Assembly: GCA_910586975.1 (NCBI GenBank)
Contig: CAJUKX010000011.1
Coordinates: forward strand, 9,520-73,519
Direction: 5' to 3'
Length of the DNA: 64,000 nucleotides
Source of the DNA: an uncultured Muribaculaceae bacterium
GTDB lineage: Bacteria > Bacteroidota > Bacteroidia > Bacteroidales > Muribaculaceae
Shown: positions 1-9,951 of the stretch, piece after piece
How positions within the stretch are numbered: position 1 is the first letter of the stretch
Layout of the letters: the number at the start of each line of letters is the position of its first letter
Position numbers and translations under genes: made by a program
Notes under the pieces: model-generated
Databases searched by the model: none
The model's input: the letters and a program-made list of their open reading frames with translations, nothing else
Told to the model about the DNA's origin: nothing

Positions 1-63
1 CATCAGGAAGAATTCGCCAAGACCCCCAAGCACTCCATCAAGCGCTACCTCTATCAGCATTGA
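1..63 (+). CDS. 3' end of a probable long-chain fatty acid--CoA ligase (AMP-binding protein), truncated by the window edge
   Basis: Frame 1 reads HQEEFAKTPKHSIKRYLYQH*, resembling the EEF.KTPK.SIKR.LY C-terminus of Bacteroidales acyl-CoA synthetases. Confidence 0.65.
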   Translation, partial: HQEEFAKTPKHSIKRYLYQH

Positions 64-126
64 TAAGATATTCAATTTTCAATGTAAAGATATACAACAC
101 CCTCGTTCCCGGAATATGGCATAATC

Positions 127-176
127 TAACCATTATCAAAATGGAAGTTGCAAAACTCCCATTTTGATAATGGTTA
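127..176. terminator. Long inverted repeat, probable terminator after the upstream gene
   Basis: Perfect 18-bp arms TAACCATTATCAAAATGG / CCATTTTGATAATGGTTA, extendable inward to a GCAA loop. Confidence 0.6.
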
Positions 177-360
177 CTAATAGATGGCGATTAGGGGTTT
201 AAAATTCTTAATGAATTATATTCTTCACACTTCAAGGCAAGGTACGTTTTCTCGTATGGAAAACGAAAATAACTCAATATAATAATGCAACGCTTGTGGA
301 AGGAAACAGCATCCTCAACAGCGCATACAATACTCTTATTCCCAAATTCACCTCGGAGGA

Positions 361-446
361 TTTTGGCTTTATCGTCATTATTTGATCTAAACATTTTGGC
401 GTTTACGTCATTTTCTAATTAAAACATTTTGGCGTTTACGCCAAAA
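361..446 (+). repeat. Three direct repeats at 33-bp period (TTTTGGCGTTTACG-like); the third is palindromic
   Basis: Units start at 361, 394 and 427; 427-446 is TTTTGGCGT-TT-ACGCCAAAA. Confidence 0.85.
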
Positions 447-450
447 CTAC

Positions 451-458
451 TATCTTTG
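451..458 (+). promoter_or_regulatory. Bacteroidetes primary-sigma -7 element
   Basis: TATCTTTG (TAnnTTTG) about 30 bp before ATG 488. Confidence 0.7.
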
Positions 459-487
459 CGCTTTAAATCAAATAACTATCATCTGTC

Positions 488-1843
488 ATGACAAAACGTG
501 TTTTCAAAAGGAAGATCTACGACAAGATTCTCGAATGGAAAGATTGGTCGAAAGGTCGGTATGCTTTACTTATCGAGGGTGCAAGGCGAATAGGTAAATC
601 CACTATCGTGGAGGAATTTGCTCAAAATGAATATGATGACTATCTCCTGATTGATTTCTCTAATGTGAGCAAAGATGTTTTTGACTTGTTTGACGACATT
701 AGCGACCTCAACCGGTTTTTCCTTAGGTTACAGACCTTCTTTGGAAAGACTCTGCCTGTAAAGAGATCGGTAATAATATTTGACGAGGTGCAATTTTGCC
801 CCAAGGCACGTCAGGCCATCAAACACTTGGTTAAAGATGGTCGATTCGATTATATTGAGACCGGGTCACTAATATCAATCAAGAAGAATGTCAAGGATAT
901 TCTGATTCCGAGCGAGGAACATGCCATCAATATGTTTCCGTTGGATTTCGAGGAGTTCCTATGGGCTATCGGTCAGAAAGTGAAATTCGATTTTATCCGT
1001 TACTCGTATGAGAACATGGAGCCTATGGGCGATGCCATGAATCGAAAGATAATGGAAGATTTTCGTCTTTACATGCTTGTGGGAGGTATGCCGCAGGCTG
1101 TGAACGCCTATCTCAACAACCCCTCCGATTTTTCTGAAGTGGACAAGGTCAAAAGGGAGATACTGCATCTATATGATGCAGATTTCAGGAAGCTTGACAC
1201 CACGGGGCGTGCTGCAACTATCTTCAATTTCATTCCGGCTGAATTGTCGCGCAACACTATGCGTTACAAGGTCGGGAGTGTTATCAATGGCGCTCGACCC
1301 GATAGGCTCGGCGAACTTTTCGCAGACATTGTAGACTCACGTACGGTGAATATGGCCTATCTTGCCAGTAATCCAAGCGCAGGGTTGGCAATGCACGCTA
1401 ATCATGACTACTTCAAGATGTTCACCTGTGACACCGGACTATTCGTCACACTTGCATTCCGTGATAAAGATTTTACTGAGAACATAATCTACCGAAAGCT
1501 CCTTTTAGATAAGCTTCCCTCTGATTTAGGATATGTATATGAGAATGTTGTAGCACAATTGCTTGCAAGTGCCGGGCATTCATTATACTATTATGCATTT
1601 ACGGAGCGACAGGAGGGCGTCACCAAACCCCGAACATACGAAATTGATTTTCTTATCAATCAAGGAGACAAGATATGTCCTATCGAGGTAAAATCTTCAA
1701 GTTATAAGTCACATAAATCTCTTGATGAGTTTACGAAAAAATACTCATCAAGGATTGGCAAACGCTATCTTCTTTATACTAAAGATATCGGTAAGGATAC
1801 TGATATAATATGCCTGCCTGTGTACATGACAGGGTTACTATAG
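488..1843 (+). CDS. AAA family ATPase (AAA_14 + DUF4143-type) with C-terminal PD-(D/E)xK-like motif
   Basis: Walker A GARRIGKS, Walker B IIFDEVQ, TGS motif, VGGMP, C-terminal EIDF...IEVKS; AT-richer than its neighbours. Confidence 0.9.
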   Translation: MTKRVFKRKIYDKILEWKDWSKGRYALLIEGARRIGKSTIVEEFAQNEYDDYLLIDFSNVSKDVFDLFDDISDLNRFFLRLQTFFGKTLPVKRSVIIFDEVQFCPKARQAIKHLVKDGRFDYIETGSLISIKKNVKDILIPSEEHAINMFPLDFEEFLWAIGQKVKFDFIRYSYENMEPMGDAMNRKIMEDFRLYMLVGGMPQAVNAYLNNPSDFSEVDKVKREILHLYDADFRKLDTTGRAATIFNFIPAELSRNTMRYKVGSVINGARPDRLGELFADIVDSRTVNMAYLASNPSAGLAMHANHDYFKMFTCDTGLFVTLAFRDKDFTENIIYRKLLLDKLPSDLGYVYENVVAQLLASAGHSLYYYAFTERQEGVTKPRTYEIDFLINQGDKICPIEVKSSSYKSHKSLDEFTKKYSSRIGKRYLLYTKDIGKDTDIICLPVYMTGLL

Positions 1844-1879
1844 ATGGAGGAATCCTCAACTTTAAGAAAATTTTGTGCC

Positions 1880-4800
1880 TTATCTTGCCAGCGACAGGTT
1901 CATCGACAAGCCGTAGGATGTATTGGTTGTGGGATATGAGCTGGTGGTGACGATGGGGGTGTTGACCTGGTGGTCAAAGTAGGCCGAGAGGGTAACACGC
2001 TTTGACAGAATGTAAGATGCGGTGAAATTGATATTAAAACCGTTTGCACCGGAAGTAGGTTGGGTATATGCGCCCTCTATCTTGCGTATCAAGGCCTGTG
2101 TGCGGTTGATGCCTACCTCGGCGTTGAGGGTGAGGTCGTTTGAAATACCTTGCTGCGACCCACGCATCTTAAGCACGGTGTTGAAGCCCACAATCTTGTA
2201 GCCCATGCCGAATTTGATGCCACGGGTGCTTGCCTCCACCACCTGCGCCGCCGACGAGTTGAGCGTGAGAGTGCGCTGGTCGCGGTATTCTGCATTGAAT
2301 TGCAATTCATTCTTGAGGGTGAAGTTAACACCGATCAGAGGTGCGAAACGCTCGGTGAGGGTAACCGATGAGATATTGAACGGCGACGAAGGCACAGGGT
2401 TGCCCGAGAGCTCGTCGAGGGTAAATCCGCGGTCGCCGTCTACGGCAATCCAGTTGAGGTACGATGAGTATGAACCTACCGAATATGTGCACTGGTAGGC
2501 ATGGCTCAGGGTGAAAGTCTTGAAGATATTGCGCATGTTGCCCAGATTGAGCAGACCGTCATATGTCACACGCCAGTTGGGCAGCACGGCCGAGAACGAG
2601 GGGAAGGGGGTGAGCCACTGCTTGCCGGGATTCTTACCCGTATATGCTGCCACAAAGGCCGGGATAAGCACATCTCCCGAAGTCTCGCTCACAGTACCCA
2701 CCTCGGGGTCGAAAGTCATACCGGCCTGCGGACGGTCGGCCATAAATCCGGTGGTAGGATATTTGGTGCCGGCATACTGAGCCTCGACTCTACGGCGCAC
2801 CTCCGGAATGTTGCTGATAAACTTGTTGAAAGCACCGTTGGCATAGCCGTTGTCGGCGCTGCCCGAACCAAATGCCGAAGCGATGGCACACGAGGTCATG
2901 GTGAACGAGCCTGAATACGATGTGGGCATGCCGTCATACATGAACTGTGTTGACGACGAGCGGTTGTCGGTGCGGTTGAATGTCAGCTGCACCTTAAGGC
3001 CCTTGGCTATCTCAAGATTAGCTTCGATATTAAGCTCGCGGGTGCGCGAGAATATGGCAGGCGAAGTCTGTCCGTCGTCGGTTATAAGCCAACCGCGGTC
3101 AAGGGCTTTCTGCATGAATCCCTCGCCCTCAAATCCGAATGCGAATCCCAGTCCGGGTGCCATAGGTCCGTAGCTCAGACTCTGGCCGAACACATTGCCG
3201 ATTGAAGGAGCGTACAGAGGCAGATTGAGCGTGCGGGTATTGCGGTAACGAACCGACACCGAGCGCGGTGATGCCGCCAGACGCAGCGAGTACTGCCCTA
3301 TCTCGGTCCATATATTCTTTTTCTGATCAAGATTCTCAACAATTGTAAATTTGAGCGTTTTATCGCCTTTGGTAAGGATTTCCACCGAATTTATATCCAC
3401 CACTTTGCTCTGTATGGGGACACTGACATTGTTCTTGTCGGTAGCCGTAATCTTCACCTTCTTGTTGCGGAGATTATGCTTGATTATAAGCTGTGTTGAA
3501 TCGGTGGGCAGCTTGTATGAGCGCTCGAATTTCTTGGGTTTGCGGTTTTGCTGCGCAGCGGTGCGGCGGGTGTTGGCAAAACGCTTGGTAACCTCTTTGA
3601 GCATAGGAATCTTATTATAGAAACTTTCAAAATTGATGCGTCCGTCCATATTCCAGGCCGACTGGTTGGCGATGCTGTTACCCATCTGCACCCCGTCAAT
3701 CGTGGCACCGCGATCCCAGCGGTAGGTAGCGTTATAGGTTACATTGCCGGTGAGGAAATCGAGCACGGGAATACGCGAGAACGGAGCCTTGTACTGGCCG
3801 GTGAACGACTGGTTGTAGCTCCAGGGAGTACCCATCGACAGGATTGACTGCCACACGGTATCTTTCCATTCCTTGTATTTGTCGGGGAACAGACGCTTGT
3901 TCACTGCACCCATGGTTTCTTCAATCCTGGCCGATGTATTTGAGTTGAACGACAGGTTGAGGCTCTTGGTCACATTCCATGTAAGCGACAGCTGGCGATC
4001 CCAAAGGAAATTCTTCGACACCGACACGGGCAGCTGGAACATAACGTCCACCTCAGAACGCACCTGCTGCTCGTAATAATATCGGCTCATGTTGGTGAGG
4101 AACGATATGCTGTTGGGCAGCCACTGCAGCTCCCAGTCCTTGATGAAGCGCAGGTTCTTGTTCTTTGATTTTATGAATTTGAACGGTTTGAAGGGCTTGA
4201 TGTACGGGCTGTAGTTATAGGCCAGCGAGCCGCGGTAGTCGTTGGTGTTCTCGTACTCGGTGGTGGGGTTGGTCTTGCTTTGTTTGGTGAATGAGAAATT
4301 CACGGTAAAGTTGGCCGGATCCCAGGGCATGGGATTCTTGCTCCTTACATCAAACTTTAGCCCGGAAATCGAGAAGTTCTGTATGGTGGTGCGGTCTACG
4401 GCGTATGCGTTTATGGAGTCTTTTTCGGCCTGGGTCTCGCATATATCGAGGGCGTCTTTCATCTCCACATCCTGGTCGAGCGGATTATACTTGGGCGTGG
4501 TCTTTTCCTTGCTCATAGAGTAATATATCGGAGCCTTGAGCTTGGCACCGGCGGGGAAGAAACGGCCCAGATCGGCCTGCACGGCCACATTGTACTGATG
4601 ATAATCGTCAAGGCGTCGCTCATTAAGGCTCTGGTCAACGCCGCCAAATCCCGAGGTCTCTATATGGCCGCCCAGATTGAGTGTGGCTACATCCGACAGG
4701 TTGAGGGTGGCATTGGCCTTGGCTGCCCAACCGCCGCTCTCGTTGAAGTCAGTCACCTTGAGTTCGTTTACCCACACCACACCGTTCTTGGCACGGGCCG

Positions 4801-7800
4801 ACTTATTGCGCACACCTATCAGAAGCACCCTCACGTCGCTCAGCGAGGGATTACCGAGCACCGATATTGTGTTTCGGTCGTTGTCGGGGTCGCGGGCGGT
4901 GAATACGGAGCCGAAGCCCACCCCGGCCTGCTCATCGCGCTTGGCCGCGTTACGTGCCAGCTTGAGGTCGACAAGGCTCTGCAGGTTGAAGTCTATATAG
5001 TTGTTGGCCGGCCATACCTTGGCACGGTCTGAGGGATTGTCGTAGTAATATCCGTGAGGTGTCAGGGTCAGAGGAATCTCGTATTCGTAATAATTGTTCT
5101 TGACATCGGTACCCATTCGCACAAACAGCGACAGGTCGCCCGACTTCAGCTCTGTGAGGTCGCCGATAAGGCTCTCGGCATGCACCCACATCTGCATCCT
5201 CTTGTAGTTGCGCAGGTCGTGCTGGGTATTGCGGTACACGGCACGGGCATCGCCGGGGTCGAGTCCGGTTACTTTGAGCGACATCGACTGCTCATTTAGC
5301 TGTACTATCTGGCTTTGGCCCGAGTCGGCTATACGTGTCACACCCGGTGGCAGCACATAGTTTACGGGTTCGCGTCCGGCATTTTCCTCGATGTTTACCA
5401 CCGATATGTCGAGCTGACCCTCGGCCGGAACCTCACCGCGGGTATTTAGATTGAATTTATACGGACGCCACTCACCGCGCACCAGCTCGAATGTAGCGAA
5501 ACGCAGGTGTGTGGTCTTCTTGAAGCCGGTGAGGAACATGCGGGCGAAGCGTATGGTGGAGAAGTCTTTTATGGAACCTACGATACGTTCGTAATCATTC
5601 AATGGAATCTTGAACTGATACCATTCTACGGTGAGGTCAGAGTCGTTGCGGGTATGTTGCACGCTCACCTGCTTGTCGGTGATATAGTTTTTACCCACCA
5701 CAAGGTCTTCGGGGCGAATCGAAATCTTATACTGGAAATATCGCTCGTATTCGTTGAGTGTATTGTCCTGGTTTATGTCTTCCACATCGGGAGTGGCACG
5801 CGAGGTCTGATACAGAGGGTCATCGGCCTCGTCGGGCGAGAGCGAGTTGCCTTCCACACCGTTGTAGCGCTTGTAGCGGGCAAGGATGCCAAGGCGTTCC
5901 TCGTCGTAGTCATATCCGCGGTAGAAGTGATAGTTATCGCCCGCAGGGTCATTGAGCGGAGAGAATTTGTCGGCTTCCATTTTGGCCAGAGCCTCGCCGC
6001 TGAGCTTGCCCCTGAGCTTGTCGAGATACTGCGAGTACGACGGGAAACGATACTCGTCGGCATTGGGCAGACCGTCCAGACCCACGTCTTGTGCAAGACG
6101 CGCGTTGGTGGCATTGTCGAATGAGTATGTGAGCGAGTTCTGCGAGCTTACACGTCCCCAAACCGTCTCTTGGAGATACTGGTCATTGCCGTCGACCGGT
6201 ATACCGTTTTCGTAACTTTTGAGGCCGTCCTTGAGTATGTCCTCTGAGAGTTCGCCGAAATTCAGATAGAGGTCGCCGCCCTCGTAGTTGGGATTGTTGG
6301 GGTCGAGGAAGGGATTGAGCAGCCAGAACTGCACGTATTCGATGTTTGACTGTTCGAAGTTGGTATTATCCATCTTGCGCATGATACCTCCCCAGCGCTT
6401 TTCAGGCGTGAGCAGGTTGCCGTCAGAGTCTATACCGTCGGCATCGAGGTTATAGGGTCCGCGCTCGGTGGGATAGAACGAAAGGTTGAGGGTCTGTATA
6501 TAGTTGCTTTCACCGTATTTCAGGTCGCGGCCGGGGAAAATTTCGGCAGAAGTGACTTCGCGCACGTATGGATTTGAGAGCTGGTCGAGGTCGCTTTTGA
6601 TGTAGCCCGGGGCAAGCGATGAATTTCGCGAAGTGAACATACGGTCGATATAGTACCAGTTGAGCAGGGCGCGGTTTTTGCCATAGTCCACATTGTTGCT
6701 CAAAGCGGCCTCGGGGAAAAGCGCATCCTTGGAGCCGTCGTACGGCGTGGATGCCAGGAACCATGCGTAGGGCGAGCGCAAGTCTATGCCGGTCTGTGTG
6801 GATTCAAAGTCGTCTACATAACTCGAACCTTTGTTTGAACCGCTCTTCTGCTGATGTGGCAGCAGCTTGGCGTATTCTGCAGTAAGGCTCAGGTGCGAGG
6901 GCTGTGTGGCCGTGACGGTCGGTATCTTGTTGAGCAGATTGGTGAGCCACATGAAGTCTTTGTTATAGCTCAGATTGAAGCCCAGCATGGTGTTGTTGAC
7001 TATTTCATCGCCTATATTCACCTTCTCGGTCAAGGATTTCTCTGAGAAATGCAGTACCGTGGCTCCAAGGTTGAAGTCTTTGTTGAATTGATATTGCATA
7101 TCGAGGCCGAGCAGACTCTTGCGTTGCATGGAGAACAGCGACTGGTTTTCGAGCGTCACCGACACACTCTGGCCCGAGTCGATGATAGACTGGTTGGTAA
7201 TGGTGACTATACCCATGGCATAGTCCACGGTATAGTCTGAGTTTTCGGTGAGCTGTACGCCGCCGGCCATCACTATGACCGATCCGCGAGGCACGTTCAT
7301 GGCGTTAAGGCGTATCTGTGAGCCGGCCGACGCCTGGTATTCACCTGTGAGTATGAACTTGTTCTTGTCGGCAAACTGACGCGCCACCGTGAGTGTGGAG
7401 TCGTACAGTTCCTCGTACACGTAGTTATCGGCCAGCACGTCATTGTTGATTTTGGCGCGCAAGTGCTTGCCGAAGGGTTCCACAACGGGGAATATCACCT
7501 TTCCCTGTGCCGGCAGTATGGTGTAGCCGTCGATGAAGTCGAAGAAGCCGTCGGGATTGCTCTCCTGATTGGAGTCGATGCGGTCGAGGTTCATCACCTG
7601 CAGCAGCGACTGGTTGTTCAGCCCCGGCACGGGCAGGTAGTTGATCTGTGTGCCGGTGGTGTCGCTCAGATACTTGATATTGAGTTTGAAATTGCTTTTC
7701 TGAATCTGATATCCGCCCAGAGGATAGACGTTTTTCATCATGAGGTCCCACATAGGCTCGGAGGTCGACGCCGTGGTTGATTTGAGCATCTTCACATATA

Positions 7801-9358
7801 GCGACTGGTCGGTGGTGGGGATGTCCGACGAAAATTCACCCACCTGATACACCTGACCGCGGTATGTGTATTCAAAAGCCACACCGAGCACTTCGTCGGC
7901 ATTGAGAGCCGATTTTATAGAGATATAGCCCAGGGTGGAGTTGAGGGTATATTCAGAAGAATTGAGCAGTCGTGCGCTCTCCACTTTCTCAAATGATGTA
8001 CCGCCTATGATTCCGTAGGTTTGCAGCGGCTCAAGGGCCTGAGTAACGGTATTTATATTTCGCGCTCCGGGGTAATCGTTCTTGATGACTGTCAACAGGT
8101 TGTTTGAGCTGTTTGACGGATTGGCCTGGGCGGGGTTTGGCTGCCAGTAGTCACTCGAAAGCACACGGTTTTCACCAAGGTCCTGCCATGCCACTATGTT
8201 GCGCGACTGCTCGTAGTTGCCGCGCTTGTTGGTAACCCATACCTCTATGCGGGTAATGCTCACGCCCGAACTTACAAAGGGGAGCTTTGAGGCGAAGGTA
8301 TCGTAGTTGTCGCGGAAGTACTGCGCCAGGAAATAGTGGCGGTTCTGGTCATATTGGTCGGCATTTACAGTGAAGGTGGTGGTCTGCACGCCGCCCTTGG
8401 TATTCACGGTCTTCGACTCTGAATTCTGCTGCGAAACGAGTCCGGTGACAGTAAGTTTGCCGAACTGCAGCTTGGCCTTTACACCAAACAGGGCTGTTGA
8501 CCCGCGTATGAGCGATGATCCTGTAGTCATTGACACATTACCGGCCTCGATATTCTTTACAATATCATCTTCCTCGCCTTCATAAGCCAGTTTAAGATTC
8601 TGGGAGTCGAAAGCAAAGGTAGCATCGGTGTTATATGTCATATTGAATTTCAAGCGATTACCTACGCTTGCACCTACTGTGGCCTGAATCTTTTGGTCGA
8701 AGTCGAAGAATGTCTTGCGGCGCGAGTTAACCGACAGCGAGGGGTTATCGGTGAAATTGCTCTTGATACCCATGTTAACCTGCACCGAACCCTGGGTCTT
8801 GAGCTGCACACCTCCGGGGCCGAAAATCTTTTCGAGGGGTCCCAGGGCGAAATTCATATCGAATATATTGAAGGGCTGTTTTTCAGTCTTTTCAATCACC
8901 AGCCCCATGTTGCGGTCGCGGTAATACTGCTGCATCGAGCGGCGCAACTGCCAGTCGTTGTACTGCTGCGCCGTGAGTAGAAAGGGCGTGGCAATGTCCA
9001 CGTCGCCCAACTTGGTACGCACTATGTAGCAACCGGTTGCGGGGTCATACTCTGCCTCGGTCTTGATATTTGACGGAGTGGCCAGATCGTAGCCGAGTTC
9101 ATCGCGCATGAGGTCTTCATAGCTCTGCGGCACAGTCTGCTGTACCGGAAAGGGCATCATTGCCGAGTCGGCAAGATTGACAAGCGGATTTCCGGGATAT
9201 CCGGCCGGCGGCGGAGGTGTGATCTGTGGAGTATAGTATTGGGCCGAAGTCAGCAAAGGCAACACAAAGACCATACCCACGGTCACCGTCAGGGCGACCG
9301 CGCGTAAGATATTGAGATATAGTGGAGTAAGAAGTCTTGTGACGTTCGGTTTAATCAT
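1880..9358 (-). CDS. sprA: Cell surface protein SprA/Sov, type IX secretion system translocon
   Basis: 2492 aa, beta-barrel-like C-terminal half, SprA-type N-terminal motifs (LKLAYEGEEDDIVKNIEAGNVS); lies downstream of ruvA as in other Bacteroidetes. Confidence 0.95.
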   Translation of the reverse strand: MIKPNVTRLLTPLYLNILRAVALTVTVGMVFVLPLLTSAQYYTPQITPPPPAGYPGNPLVNLADSAMMPFPVQQTVPQSYEDLMRDELGYDLATPSNIKTEAEYDPATGCYIVRTKLGDVDIATPFLLTAQQYNDWQLRRSMQQYYRDRNMGLVIEKTEKQPFNIFDMNFALGPLEKIFGPGGVQLKTQGSVQVNMGIKSNFTDNPSLSVNSRRKTFFDFDQKIQATVGASVGNRLKFNMTYNTDATFAFDSQNLKLAYEGEEDDIVKNIEAGNVSMTTGSSLIRGSTALFGVKAKLQFGKLTVTGLVSQQNSESKTVNTKGGVQTTTFTVNADQYDQNRHYFLAQYFRDNYDTFASKLPFVSSGVSITRIEVWVTNKRGNYEQSRNIVAWQDLGENRVLSSDYWQPNPAQANPSNSSNNLLTVIKNDYPGARNINTVTQALEPLQTYGIIGGTSFEKVESARLLNSSEYTLNSTLGYISIKSALNADEVLGVAFEYTYRGQVYQVGEFSSDIPTTDQSLYVKMLKSTTASTSEPMWDLMMKNVYPLGGYQIQKSNFKLNIKYLSDTTGTQINYLPVPGLNNQSLLQVMNLDRIDSNQESNPDGFFDFIDGYTILPAQGKVIFPVVEPFGKHLRAKINNDVLADNYVYEELYDSTLTVARQFADKNKFILTGEYQASAGSQIRLNAMNVPRGSVIVMAGGVQLTENSDYTVDYAMGIVTITNQSIIDSGQSVSVTLENQSLFSMQRKSLLGLDMQYQFNKDFNLGATVLHFSEKSLTEKVNIGDEIVNNTMLGFNLSYNKDFMWLTNLLNKIPTVTATQPSHLSLTAEYAKLLPHQQKSGSNKGSSYVDDFESTQTGIDLRSPYAWFLASTPYDGSKDALFPEAALSNNVDYGKNRALLNWYYIDRMFTSRNSSLAPGYIKSDLDQLSNPYVREVTSAEIFPGRDLKYGESNYIQTLNLSFYPTERGPYNLDADGIDSDGNLLTPEKRWGGIMRKMDNTNFEQSNIEYVQFWLLNPFLDPNNPNYEGGDLYLNFGELSEDILKDGLKSYENGIPVDGNDQYLQETVWGRVSSQNSLTYSFDNATNARLAQDVGLDGLPNADEYRFPSYSQYLDKLRGKLSGEALAKMEADKFSPLNDPAGDNYHFYRGYDYDEERLGILARYKRYNGVEGNSLSPDEADDPLYQTSRATPDVEDINQDNTLNEYERYFQYKISIRPEDLVVGKNYITDKQVSVQHTRNDSDLTVEWYQFKIPLNDYERIVGSIKDFSTIRFARMFLTGFKKTTHLRFATFELVRGEWRPYKFNLNTRGEVPAEGQLDISVVNIEENAGREPVNYVLPPGVTRIADSGQSQIVQLNEQSMSLKVTGLDPGDARAVYRNTQHDLRNYKRMQMWVHAESLIGDLTELKSGDLSLFVRMGTDVKNNYYEYEIPLTLTPHGYYYDNPSDRAKVWPANNYIDFNLQSLVDLKLARNAAKRDEQAGVGFGSVFTARDPDNDRNTISVLGNPSLSDVRVLLIGVRNKSARAKNGVVWVNELKVTDFNESGGWAAKANATLNLSDVATLNLGGHIETSGFGGVDQSLNERRLDDYHQYNVAVQADLGRFFPAGAKLKAPIYYSMSKEKTTPKYNPLDQDVEMKDALDICETQAEKDSINAYAVDRTTIQNFSISGLKFDVRSKNPMPWDPANFTVNFSFTKQSKTNPTTEYENTNDYRGSLAYNYSPYIKPFKPFKFIKSKNKNLRFIKDWELQWLPNSISFLTNMSRYYYEQQVRSEVDVMFQLPVSVSKNFLWDRQLSLTWNVTKSLNLSFNSNTSARIEETMGAVNKRLFPDKYKEWKDTVWQSILSMGTPWSYNQSFTGQYKAPFSRIPVLDFLTGNVTYNATYRWDRGATIDGVQMGNSIANQSAWNMDGRINFESFYNKIPMLKEVTKRFANTRRTAAQQNRKPKKFERSYKLPTDSTQLIIKHNLRNKKVKITATDKNNVSVPIQSKVVDINSVEILTKGDKTLKFTIVENLDQKKNIWTEIGQYSLRLAASPRSVSVRYRNTRTLNLPLYAPSIGNVFGQSLSYGPMAPGLGFAFGFEGEGFMQKALDRGWLITDDGQTSPAIFSRTRELNIEANLEIAKGLKVQLTFNRTDNRSSSTQFMYDGMPTSYSGSFTMTSCAIASAFGSGSADNGYANGAFNKFISNIPEVRRRVEAQYAGTKYPTTGFMADRPQAGMTFDPEVGTVSETSGDVLIPAFVAAYTGKNPGKQWLTPFPSFSAVLPNWRVTYDGLLNLGNMRNIFKTFTLSHAYQCTYSVGSYSSYLNWIAVDGDRGFTLDELSGNPVPSSPFNISSVTLTERFAPLIGVNFTLKNELQFNAEYRDQRTLTLNSSAAQVVEASTRGIKFGMGYKIVGFNTVLKMRGSQQGISNDLTLNAEVGINRTQALIRKIEGAYTQPTSGANGFNINFTASYILSKRVTLSAYFDHQVNTPIVTTSSYPTTNTSYGLSMNLSLAR

Positions 9359-9945
9359 TTAATAACAGCCATCGCTTTTTTGACGGCGGCCTCGATGGTG
9401 AGCGCGGGATTCTCATCGAAAAGCTTCTGCAAAGCTTTCTGTGAGGCCTGACGCTGGAATCCGAGGATAACCAGTGCTTCGAGCGCTTCTTCAAAGGCCG
9501 AAGACATAAGCGGCGATGACTTCTCTAATAACGTATTGGGGTCGGCTTTTATTTTATCCTTAAGGTCAACAATTATACGTTCTGCGGTCTTGGCACCTAT
9601 ACCTTTAACACTTTTTAGGCGTTTGGTATCGCCCGTGGCTATGACTGAGCGCAAATCTGATGCCGGAATTGATGACAATATCATTCTTGCCGACCCTGCT
9701 CCAACGCCCGACACTCCTATAAGGGCGCGGAAAAGTTCGCGCTCCTCGGCGTCGATAAATCCATAGAGCACCCACGCGTCTTCACGAATCGCCTCATGCA
9801 CCAGCAGGCGCGCATCTGTGGCATTTTCGAGTTTGCTGAAAGTGGGAAGGGTGATATTGAGCAGAAAACCCACACCCGAAGCGGTTTCGATGACAACGGT
9901 GGCCGGATTGATATCGCTTATCGTTCCTTTTATTGACTCTATCAT
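9355..9945 (-). CDS. ruvA: Holliday junction branch migration protein RuvA
   Basis: IREDAWVLYGF, HhH motifs VSGVGA and VKGIGAKTAERIIVDLKDK. Confidence 0.97.
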   Translation of the reverse strand: MIESIKGTISDINPATVVIETASGVGFLLNITLPTFSKLENATDARLLVHEAIREDAWVLYGFIDAEERELFRALIGVSGVGAGSARMILSSIPASDLRSVIATGDTKRLKSVKGIGAKTAERIIVDLKDKIKADPNTLLEKSSPLMSSAFEEALEALVILGFQRQASQKALQKLFDENPALTIEAAVKKAMAVIK

Positions 9946-9951
9946 GATGCG

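Noticed and set aside
191..394. 67-aa minus-strand ORF and a startless plus-strand frame in the AT-rich gap
   Set aside because: No recognisable protein features; it overlaps the repeat and promoter region. A decayed fragment cannot be excluded.
361..446. Possible mini-CRISPR arrays here and at 22798-22858
   Set aside because: Periods of 33 and 23 bp are too short for repeat plus spacer, there are only three degenerate units, and there are no cas genes.
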